Below are positions 12,673 to 24,719 of a stretch of 64,000 nt of DNA, in pieces. The stretch comes from Trichoplax sp. H2 (lineage: Eukaryota): NCBI GenBank assembly GCA_003344405.1, contig NOWV01000030.1, forward strand, positions 372,001-436,000. Direction: 5' to 3'. Numbering within the stretch: the stretch's first letter is position 1; the number at the start of each line of letters is the position of its first letter. Made by a program: the position numbers and the translations under genes. The notes under the pieces are model-generated. The model saw nothing but the letters and a program-made list of their open reading frames with translations, did not search any database and was not told the origin of the DNA.

Positions 12673-14739
12673 AAAATAAGGATAGTTATTTACTTAGCCT
12701 AGATTGATACTATTATTTTAATAGAAAGTATCTTATGGGTGGATATGCATACGTAAGCCATGATGCAATAAGTAAAGATTTTATAGGAGTATTGCGCTAG
12801 GCTATACTATTACAAAGTAATCATAGTCTTAATTCATACAGTGACTAAAAATATGTCTTGCTTACGTGACTGATAGTGAATCTTATTCCTACATTGTATA
12901 AATTAGCCTCAAATTTAGCCTGAAAAAGATTAACTCCTACCATCACCGTAACTAGATGTACTGTAAATATTTTATGCGCAGTTTGTAAAACTATACTTAT
13001 CCTTATTACGACTAGACATTACTTAATATTTTTCATCCGATTGTCTGATGAGATGAAATCTATAAACTTAAAATTTTACTTTACTCTACAAGTTTAACGG
13101 TAAAAAATGTAGCTATAGTATCAGTCAAAATAGGAACATAAATCGCAATAAGTACAAGAAATGCTCCTAAAGTTTTCAAATTCAGTAACTGAATTGTTAT
13201 TATTATTTCTATCGTGCTCGAAATTTTTGTACGTGATTGATCTATCTAAAGTAAATGATACGCATTTGAAGTTATTATTGCCGGCTACCATTGCAAGTTC
13301 TCGATAGAATGATTAGGGAAATATTGCTTCATGTTATTTACTCTGGAAAAAGCAATGGATTAGTTTCTTCTACTGCAAATATTACCGAAATCTAGTGTAT
13401 TGTATCAATGAGGAATCAGCTCATTATCGCCTAAGAAAGTCGAGAAATAGACACATTATGTTTATTTATATAAGGTCGATTTAAACTGAATTACTTTGAA
13501 AGGTCGTGGAGTTCGAACGAATATCCATATATGTTCAAATGTAAACTGGACTGGGGAATCAGGCGACTACCATATAAATAGTTCCAACATCTGTCTTATG
13601 AAAATTTATCCAGTCTTTACATCTTGATTCAATTCAATTTTTACTCACATTTAATTTAACAAGAATTTGTCTCTGTCGTACTTAAAATTATCATTTATCA
13701 GTTCCATAATGTGAAATTGATCATCCTTCTTTAGTTACGGTATTCGTTGGAATAAGTTAGAAAGCAATTAATTGACATATGGAATATTACTTTTTTTGCA
13801 TACTTTATGCACAGTTATGATGAAGTGATATGATTTATTTTTATTAATGCATATCCAATACTTTACGAGCTTGCCTAGAAATTTATTTCTATTTTATTGA
13901 CATTACATCTGAATTATTGTTTACTTTGCCTTACGATTGAAATGCAGTTTAGATGTCAGATCGACTTTGGATAGCTTCAAGCTATTTTAGATTTTGAGCT
14001 TATAGAGATGACCTTAAATATTCTAAAAGGACAAATGGTTTTACTAGTAAATAATGTAATCTTAATTATTGATGTTTCCCATAAATTGGGTTTTGCACCA
14101 CAATGTAAATTAACTAATGGTGAAATTTATTTGCAATACGGTTTGCTTCAGAATAATTGTACACTTACGTAACAAAACGCATCTAAAATCAGGTAGACGA
14201 AGCTTTATTTTGAAACCTACAGTACTAACATATGCATTACTTTGACTGAATGAGATCATTTGCTTAGCTATACTGCCCTAGAGATGTTGCTACCTACTGA
14301 AATGGTAGTGAACAGTAGCCATAAATTCTATTTTGCAGTCCATATCAAAATTGTCAGTACAATTTCTATGTACGAATAGGTTTAGGAACCAGTACGAATC
14401 ATGGCCGGATTACAGATATTGGCCATAGAGTCGCTATATATAATTTGTAAGTCCAATCAGTTTTAGCAGGAAATTTGTATGTATTGATCACCCTCTATCA
14501 TCATAGATGCTTTTTGTTTTTATATACGATGTAAGCATAATCGAGAACATCTATAAATTCTTCACATCCTGCTTGAATAATGGCTAGAAATTGGCATGTA
14601 ATAAAGATTGCAATGACATCATTTATGATAGACTCACATAAATTCAAAAATACACAGAACAGAATACCGCTCAGGAGGAAATTCTCGATTAGTAGTATCT
14701 TAAACTTTGATATAATAATATCAAATTAAAGATTCCTCC

Positions 14740-14759
14740 ATGATTCATTATCAAAATAA
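14740..14759 (+). promoter_or_regulatory. 20-bp element conserved upstream of both CLCA paralogs (copy A)
   Basis: ATGATTCATTATCAAAATAA starts 463 bp before ATG 15203; an identical 20-mer starts 461 bp before ATG 28708. Confidence 0.5.
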
Positions 14760-15202
14760 ACGGTGTGAAAAAATTTTGGCTGTCGCAGATTGAATACCTT
14801 ATCATCTTACTGATAGTGTATAACAAGTGCAGACGTGTTAAATCACATTTCAGTTTAGGCGTGCATGTCATTAACAATTCAATTTTTGCAGTGCATTTGT
14901 CATCTAGGTAGGTTTCAAATGTATAAGATTATTCTGGAAATGGATTGTTATGGTAAACATTCTAATTTTAGAATGTAGGAGGTCTTTCTTGGCATGGATC
15001 CTAGCGATAGCTATAAATATCTTACAGAAGTAATCCATCCTTAGAATATTGATTGCTGAACTAGATTGTACTCGTTTCTCAGATAAGGTCATTCTAAACT
15101 ACTATTGGATATCTAAAGTTTATAAAGTCTTTGCATATTCTGTTAGATTTTTAGTCATTCAATCGTGAGTTACATTAGATCATCCAATTTCCTACCGTGA
15201 CA

Positions 15203-18200
15203 ATGGTTCGATTTTGTTTCCTGATAGCGGCAATACTATGTTGTGGCTTCCATCAAGCGATGGGCATTGTCCAATTGACTAATAATGGATATGAAGGTGT
15301 CGTTATTGGCATTAGCGATTCAGTAAGTGAAAGCCAGTTTCCGGATTTATTAGATCAAATTCAAAGTACGTTTAATAAATCCTCATCAAAGATATATACA
15401 GCATTTCGACGCCGTGCCTTCTTTCGACATATTACAATTATAATTCCCCGATCATGGAAGAATAGTATTAAGTACAAACCAGCGACCAAACAATCTTTCC
15501 ATACCGCTGATTTTCGAATTGAACATACTAAAGCAAGTAGTAATGAAAAATGTTCCGATCGGGCCATGGTTAGAACGATTGGTGCCTATCAGTGCGGAGA
15601 ACCGAATGACTATGTTCTGCTGACCCCCAATAGCTTTTGTCCAAGCAATTGGGCGTCTCGATTTCTGGATAAAAATATCGTCCGTCAATGGGCTCGCTAT
15701 CGTTATGGAATCTATGATGAAGAAAGCAAAGGGACCAAGCTAACATATCTGAGTGAGTTATTAACTTATCATCTTTGAGATGAGTGATTATAAATTTCTT
15801 CTTTGTTAACTGTAAGATACAGCTAATTTATCGCACGAATTATTAGTATTTAATTAAGTATACATAATTAGACACTAGACAGGTATCACCAACATTCATG
15901 TTAGTTTAGAAGTAGGTGGCTATATATCTGATTTTATTGACCTATTTTCAAATGGTAAGAGTTGATGTTAATATTATCTACTGACTTGAGTAAAAAGTGA
16001 CGGTACTGAATGCGGCAGTTTAAGGCATGAGATCAGAATTTAAAAGTTTAATTTGCAAATAAAAAGTGCCGATATTTAACTTTCTACATTAAAGCAATAT
16101 TTGAGACAACTTTTAATTTAAAAGCTTAGTTTCGAAGCTATTTTAATACCCGAAATTAGCTGCAACAGCTTAAGAATTAACATGGTAATATTGTAACCTA
16201 TTTAAGATATCATATAATCTAGTCTTACTAAGCATGTTAATTCTTGGTTAAGATAAATAATAGTTTAATGATCTCAATAAACTGCATCTGATTTATCTGT
16301 AAAATCTAACCACAACCAATTTTCGATTTTTGTAGAACACCAACAGCTACTTCATTAGCATTATAGCATTTTAATCTACTTAAGTTAATTCTTTAAAGTA
16401 GTCTTAATAAGTATGTTAATCCTTGCTTAAGATAAAAGATAGTTTCATAATCTCAACATCTAGCCTTACATTGCATTAAATAAGCCTGGATAAATTAAAT
16501 GATGATTCCGTATGCTTGATTTTAAGTGAATACTACGTATAAACGCAATTATAGCTAAATTAATGATTACAATGAGCTGAGTAGCTATTTGAAATATTGA
16601 CTTCAGTTTTAATATGACGTATGAATTTAACTACGAACTAACTTTGCCTTAAGATTAATTATTTACCTACATGCTCCCTATTTGCTAACATTTACACAAT
16701 GAGTTAATCCGCAGATAAAGGAAATTACAATTTCATGGTTTTACTTTAATGATTTGTTTAGCCACTCTCTCTTAGTTATAAATTATGATTCATTTTAAAA
16801 TGAATAGATTCTTGCAGGCCCTGTTTAAGATCACCTTTTTCAGGGACTGATACTGTCCGTGTGGTTTTAATTTAGAAGCAGATAAATTATTTTTCAAGTG
16901 ATCTTAAATGAGCTCTTATTTTATCATCAACAGATTCTCAAACCAGTCAATATGAACCTGTTAAGTGTTCTTCTTCACTCAAAGTTGATATTGTGCGAGG
17001 TTTTAATACAAAATGTAGCATTAATCCAAATAGTGGCTCTGTTCATTTTCTTTGCCGACCCCGAGTTGGTCGCCCACCTATAGCCGCAGGTTCCATCATG
17101 TATGAGTACCGAATGGACGGGGTAAGTTAAATCTTATCAATAAAGATTTATAAGGTGTGCTTTCCAATAAAACTTACTACTGTATCATCAGCATCAATTT
17201 ATGTTCAATTGGCTACAGGAACTAACCAATTTTGGATTTATATCTTCTTTGTATTGACGTTTTTTCTTAATATTCGTAGCTTGAACATTTTTGTGATGAC
17301 GGAGGAGCTGATGAACAAAATGCCATGACACGCCATAATTCGTTGCCTCCAACTTCTCAAAATATTAATTGCGATGGAGAAAGCACGTGGACAGTTATTA
17401 AACGCCATCAAGATTTTACCAATCAAAATCGGCCTGCTAGGATTAAAAATACAGCGCCGATATTTCGATTTGTAAAGGCAATGCCAGTACGTATTGTTAT
17501 GGTTTTGGATAAATCTGGCAGCATGAGGGGCAGTAATTTGCAGCAACTAATACAAGCAGCAACAAATGTTATTTTGCAATTGGGACAAATTGATGGATCT
17601 ATAGGTAATGAGTTAATATGGTAGTTAAAAATCGAAAATGTTGATGGCAACCTAAATGAATATTACATTAGTAATAGACTACTAAGTTTTTATAAAGATT
17701 TTAGTAGTCCATGCATTAGTATTGCATTCTAGTTATAGAATGATCGAATATTATTATCGAGTCAATCCAATGTAATGCAAGTTTGGATTTTATTTTTTAA
17801 TGTATTGTAAAAAATTTCACGTTTTAATTGATAGGCAGTTGTAATATATTGTAGAACTGGATTATTGAGGCCATATTTACATTACGACCACGTTTAATAT
17901 AATGATAAACAGAGTTATTAGAATTAGAACTAATTTAATAAAATTACACCGTTATTACTTTGGATACCCTTTATTACTGTAAAGTAATTAAGTCATGTTA
18001 TCAGTGGAGTTATTTCAGAATAATTGAATTCTGTTCACAAGTACAAGTAAATTAAACGATTATTTTAGTATTCGAAAACTCTGTTGCAAAAGCCCCCATT
18101 TTGTTGAGTTATTCTAATAACATTCTGTTTATATTTTAATTAACTGGTAGGAATTATAATATTTAGTACATCTGCAACAGTCACTTGCCCGCTTATGGCT

Positions 18201-21200
18201 GTTAATAACGATCAAGACAAGAATAAATTAATTGGCTGCTTACCACCAGAAGCATCAGGAGGAACTAGCATTGGTAGTGGTATACTCAAAGGCATTGAGG
18301 TAATGTAGTTAAATTTAATATTCTATTTTCCTTGAAATATCCAATCGAGGATAATGATGACTAGTTAGATTAGTATTAGTTAAAAATTCTTCAGTGACTC
18401 CTGATTTTAATAAGAGAATGCTAGTTTTTGTAAATAGTGAGAATGATGACAGATTGCTATATATATAAATCTTTATTAATATTTATTCAAGTCTGACTAA
18501 ACGGCTGCTGCTATTAAATGTTGATTATACCATGCAGTATTAACTGAATAAGGCATATAGGAGTGCTAATATATCATTTATTGAACGGATGAATGTATTT
18601 TTTTGGACTATTCTATTAGAACATTCTATTCTTATACTATACTAGTATTGATTTAAAATTTATAGTATTTTACACTTAAAAATATAGCAGATGTATTTCC
18701 ATAATGACCAATTTGTTCATATATTTTGCTATAGCTTTTACTAGGTTCAGTAGGTGAGCAAAAACCAAGTGGTGGCCATTTAATCGTTATGAGTGATGGC
18801 CAAGAAAATGCTAATCCTCGTATTAAAGATGTAATGAGTAATATTACCGAAAATGATGTTGTTGTTACAAGTATATCATTTGGACAATCTGCATCCAAAG
18901 TTCTTGAAGATTTGGCAAAATCAACTGGTGGTTCATCTTATTTTGCTTCCACTAATGGTACCTTAACATTAATGAATGCGTTTACTGCCATCATAAGCAA
19001 TTTAGTTGGGCCGAGTAGTATCAAAGTGACGACACCGATTCAGGTAAATTCTACGGTTAGGGTAATAAATCGCTTTACTAATATTAATGTATGGAAACAT
19101 TTACTAGCTACGTTTGGATTGTTTGACTGAAGTAGCATAGTGTACTATATGGAGTTTTTTAACAGTAGAGAGATATTTAATTAATTAATATCAGTTATTA
19201 TTAAACGAATATAAAAAAGAATTACTATCAATAAATGATTAAAAGGATCGTATTTATGCTATTAGCCTAGGAAGAATCTATTTTACTGTTGTATTGCTTT
19301 TGTAAGAAGATGTAGTTTTTTAATTGTTTCTGTCTTTTAGGTGTATAGTAGAGAAATTTATGCAAAACCTGGTGAATCGTTTCAAGATTTTGTTCTAGTT
19401 GATCCATCGGTGGGAGACAACTCGCAATTTACCTTTACTTGGCAATTGCGTGAGGTCGATGTTGTTCTAACTTCTCCATCAGGGAATAGCTATACTTCTA
19501 CCTCACCGGAATATATCATTTACAAACAGCAAAAATTAGTTAGAATTATAATACCAAAAGCTGAGGTAAAAGAAAAATTATTTTTAGATACTTTAATATA
19601 AGGTTGAGGAATAAGACCATACTAAGATCTTTTTACTAGATTATGCAATTCATATAGCATTATGTATGATGCTTATTTCTCAAATATTTTCTTCTACACC
19701 GAATGGATACTATTGTTCATCGCTATACATTTAATTTACTGCTTATCGTATTCATTCTGGCTTACGGAAGTTATGTTCTAATTTCTAGAATGGAAGATGG
19801 GAATACACTATTACAGATAAAACATCCAAGCGAAGAAGAGCTGTACGAGCTACTGGCCAATCCCAAAGTATTAGTATTACAGCATCGGCATCACCTAAAG
19901 TTGAAAATAGTAGCGATGATTCACTTATTTCTACAGGAGTCGTTATTATTGAAGTAAGGCTTAGTAAAGAGAAAATTCAATATCCAAGTGTGGTAAGCCA
20001 CCTATGTTTTAGCCTAGATAAATACTAAATGCGGCATACTCGCGCCATAAAATGAATTTAATCGTATTGATTTAAAGTACTCAATCGAGCATATTTTTTA
20101 TCGTAGCCTATCGTTTATGTTGAAGTCAAACTTGGCCATTTAGCCATATTGAATTGTTCAGCGAGAGTAAAAGTAACAGTACCAAATCTTTCTAAAGATT
20201 ACTTCTTCCAAGCAAGAGATGATGGTGCCGGTAATAATATGATTTTAGGGGTTACTCTTGGTTATAGTTTACATTTTGAAATGATTGATGATGGTGCTTT
20301 AGTATTCGATTTTTAATCCTTATATAAAATTTTATTAACAGGCGCAGATATTGTAGCCAATGATGGAATTTATTCCGCTTATATGACAAATTTTGATGGC
20401 AATGGGCGTTATGCTTTACTTGGGATGGCTGACACAAATGCAAATCAATCCTATGTTGACACAGATTATATTTTTGGAGTTGGTAGAGCGATAGATGATC
20501 GTCAAGTAGATACCAATGCTACATCGTCAGAAAGGCAGATGGAATATTTATACGCATTTTCTAGAGTGAAATCAGGTCCTTTATTGGAAGTTTCAAATTA
20601 TCAACTAGGTATATCTTATTAGTTAATTATTATTGCAGGTATACGTGTCTGTGTCTTTCAAGTACGGTATCTAGGCTACCTGTCTAACTGAAATGAGTTG
20701 AGATTACATATGGACTGTTTCAAATACTTTATTTCTATAATTTATCATCTTGATGAACATTTTACACTTGTATTGATTGTAAATTAAATTCATAGACAGA
20801 GATCAATTACCACCTGCTCGTGTGCACGATGTTATTGTAGCTGAAACTATATCTAAAAATAAGAGTGTAATATTAAAGTGGACTGCACCAGGCAATGATT
20901 TGGATAAAGGCACAGGTAGATTTATGATGTTATAACATTATACGTCAATTACACGGTGTTAACATCTAATCCTTTGCTGTAAATTTAAATTTCTTTTTTC
21001 GAAATAGCCAAAGGCTATGAAATTCGATATTCTAGTACAGGATTAAGCATCATGAACTTTAGAAAGAATTTTACCTATGGCCAAATTGCGGTCTTTCAAT
21101 CAGTTTTTGCAATACCGAATGCAACCAATGCCACAAAACCTAAACCAGCTGGTTCAACCGAACAAATGATAGTTACCTTGGATGATGCTGAATATGGAAA

Positions 21201-23996
21201 CACTTATGCACTTGGCTTAATAGCTTATGATGACAATATGAAATCGAAAGTATCGAATTATGTCTACACAATCTTTCAACATGTGTTTCAACCCTTTGAT
21301 TTCCATGTTAAAATCGATCATCATCATCTTGGCATCATGATAATAAGTTGGAAAATAGCTTGTAATAGTTGTGCTACTGGCATTGGTGAGTAATTAACTA
21401 CCGGTACTTTTAAAAATGTCATCTTAAAGTGTGACAATTTGTAATATGAGAGGTATTGCGTATATTTTAAAGTAAATTCTGAAGATAGTTTTGCGGTGAA
21501 TGAGAATTTCACAGATAATTTTATGTATTAATCGATACTATTTCTATTGACAAATTTTACATTCGTATTTCATGTTATTTTTTAACTGAGTCTAAATGTT
21601 ATTCATTTCATACCGGTAAAGTATTTAATAGTTGATAAACTATAAAATTATTGGTACAATAGGAAGGTTTAAGAATAGTGATTGGCATCTTTTTAACTTA
21701 AACTTTTTCAATTCTACTATAGCTCCTATTGGTTATGAAATACAATATAGCACTGATCAAGAAGACTTAAGTGAAGAAGTTATAGCAGGACAAATTATCA
21801 CTCAAGATCAAATAATTGATCATAAAACAGTAACTGTGGATTCTTCATCTGATGTGTTGCATGAATATACTATCAAAATGAGAAAATATCAGTATTCACG
21901 TCCTTATTACTTTGCTGTTCGTGGATATGATAATTACCGTTACTATTCGAATTATTCTAATATTGCTGATATAGAATTTTATAAAGTTAAATCTCCGCAA
22001 AATTTAAGAGTTACCTTTATGTCAAATGCCAGTAAAGAAGTGCAATTACAATGGATACTCGATTCATCCAAGAAGGGATTAAGTAAGTTTGGTGATATCT
22101 ATTTCTCCTATAGAATAAGCTAAAGTAAATGTTTACCTATGTTTTGATATTCACAAATACTTTAAAATCTCGAAATAACAGTTTTTATTACCGATTCTAC
22201 GGGTATATTGGAATCTAACCATGAAGTATATTATCTTCTGTACCTTTTATTAAATGAAATTAGCACCAGCAAGATATCAAATTTGTTGGATTGAAGCTAA
22301 TCAGAATAGAGAATCCTGCCGAGCGATATCATCTAATCTACTGCTTAGAGCTGGTGAAGATTTTATCTATCGTTTTAGATTCAGTGAAGCACAATATGGC
22401 AAAATATACGATTTTCGTGTCCGAGCTATTGATATTTTTTATCATATCTCATCGGCGAGTAATTCAGCAAAGGTGGAATTATATTATTTATCGCCTCCTA
22501 CAGACGCTGTAGTCAATATTGTTAGTCATAAGGCGAAAATAATCGATGTCCATTGGAAAGTATTACTAAATGACTTCAAGATATCGACAAGTACGCTAAT
22601 TTTCTAATCAGTCTATCACTGAACTTCTATCGAATATACCTGTTTAATTATGATTTCTAAATGTCTAGTTTTGAATGATATTATTTGAGTAAATTAGACT
22701 GAGCGAAGTAGATTGGTTATAAGATTAGATTATTGTCAATATTGGTAATATTATTATGATTATACTTGTAAGAAAGTATTTTTAACCTCAGATATGCTCG
22801 TATATGAATTTATTAAGTCTAATGTCAACATATTGTAGAGAATCTTGAATACAGCAATTCAATAGTCAAGTTTTAAAATATATTACTTATGAGAATATTA
22901 AACCTAGTATTTGCCTGGTCAAATTCATAATCGATAGCTTAAAGGGTATCTTTTACTTTCGCATATATAGATTGGTGAAATATCTAACTAGAAATTTTTG
23001 TATGTAGCTATTCTATTATGTGACAAATAAGATTAGTAAGATCACTTCTAATGTAAATTTCGTTTAATTTCAATATATTTAGATGCTCGTTATTGCAAAG
23101 TGATAATCAGCAACCAACCTTCATTAAATAATTCATCTACTATCTTGGCTACAGAAATGGCTCAAATTAAAAATGATGGGTTTAAAGGATATCAGGAAAT
23201 GTCTGCTATCTTTCAGTTAATGAAGACCAATGGTTTAAATTACGCTTTCGTAAATTGCTTCGACAAATATCAATTACAATCAACCCTATCAGATCCAATT
23301 GAATTCTCCTTTGAAAAGCTTCATATTACTACACCTTATAACTTGGGTTTAATAGTTAATTCTGATAAGTTAACAGCTACATTAGTGTGGGAAATGACGA
23401 AAGAGAACGCAATTACCGTTCCAGGTAAATTTATTTCAATAATGTCAATACTAACGATGTGTACTTAATCATTATTAACAAACAAAGATAGCATATATAA
23501 TTAATTGATATGGACGATATTTGATACTAATTTACGAGTATCTTGAGCTATAACATAAGCATTTACTAGAAGAAAAATAATGTTGCAACTATTTTTTATT
23601 ATAGCACCTTATTATGAAATACGATATAGCTACGATACCGAGGCCTTTATGAAGGATTTTAATCGTGGGAAGGTCGTTGATGATGATATTATTATCAGGT
23701 TTGAACGAAATATGAAAGATGGACAGAGGACGCGATTGTGCGTTTTCTCGGTAGCTAACTTTGAATATAATCAAACGTTTGCTACTGCGGTTAAATCTTA
23801 TAGCAATAAAATCGCCCAGTCGGGTATTTCTAACTATGACATGGGCATATTAATTAAAAATTCAACTAGGCCTCCAGAGCATGTGCCGTTTGGGAAAAAT
23901 CATTTTGTGATTATCGGTGTTATAGGTGGTGTGATATTGATTGTTGTATTTGCATTAGCGATATATCTATATAAACGTCGAATAGGCGCGATCTAA
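15203..23996 (+). CDS. CLCA-like protein A: signal peptide, CLCA_N (degenerate HEXXH), vWA, beta-sheet domains, 5x FnIII, TM; 15 exons, ~1419 aa
   Basis: Exons 15203-15752, 16934-17121, 17280-17604, 18151-18299, 18735-19043, 19341-19565, 19789-19992, 20107-20230, 20342-20608, 20796-20915, 21008-21385, 21723-22082, 22264-22590, 23083-23424, 23605-23996 join in frame (4260 nt). CLCA motifs: NNGYEGVVIGI, RAFFRHITIIIPRSW, QCGE, VLDKSGSM, GGTSIGSG, SDGQEN, DDGAGAD..NDGIYS, WTAPGNDLDKG, PKPAGSTE. C-terminal hydrophobic helix followed by YKRR. Confidence 0.92.
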
Positions 23997-24260
23997 TACT
24001 CTAGTCTATCGCTTAATACTGTCATCTATATAATAAATAATTTATAAGAATAAGAGCTTAGTTCATGGGACAGAAATATTATTCCGCTATCATTTACATA
24101 CTATATAGTAATTGATGACAGTTCTTAAAATATTATTTTAAAAATTTCATTATTTCCATGTGCGCACTATAACGTATCAATATTCAAACTGTTAATTATG
24201 GCTTTGATTCGGTTCATTTTCGATTTTATTATGTGTAATCATTACCTTCTATTTTAAAAA

Positions 24261-24508
24261 ATTCTACTCTCCTCATAGATATTTATTCTAAGTTATAATA
24301 CTTTTGGATCTATAGCTTCACATAAGACGAAGGGTTTATTTCATAAAATATTAATATTCAAACGTTTAGTCATAATTTTTATTCCGTTATTAAGCGATTT
24401 TATTACATATTATTTTTACTTTGTATTCTAAAACAGATTTCTACTCTTCTCATAGAAGTCTATTCTAAGTTACGATACTTTTGGATCTATATGTTAATAT
24501 TAGACGAT
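24261..24508. repeat. Short direct duplication (~70 bp, ~178-bp spacing) downstream of CLCA-A
   Basis: ttctactct.ctcataga...tattctaagtta..atacttttggatctata occurs at ~24262 and ~24439. Confidence 0.7.
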
Positions 24509-24719
24509 AAATTTATTTTACATTAGTGTAAATTAAACGTAAAAGGATTGATTTTATGCTGCATTATCACATAAAGTATATGTAAATAACTGATTTTACG
24601 TACCCCATTTTGTATGATAATTGAATAAATATTTTTTATTATCTCTACCAGATTTTGTCAGTCGTTATGGTGAAATAGGGTTAGTTTTTTTATCAAGAAA
24701 ATTAGGTAGTTCCACACGG

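Noticed and set aside
15197..15202. GTG start given by the ORF track for CLCA-A
   Set aside because: This is a eukaryotic gene; ATG 15203 aligns with the paralog's ATG and gives the same exon 1 length (550 nt).
16220..16457. ~60-bp direct repeat in CLCA-A intron 1
   Set aside because: Real but short and degenerate, with no sign of function or element termini.
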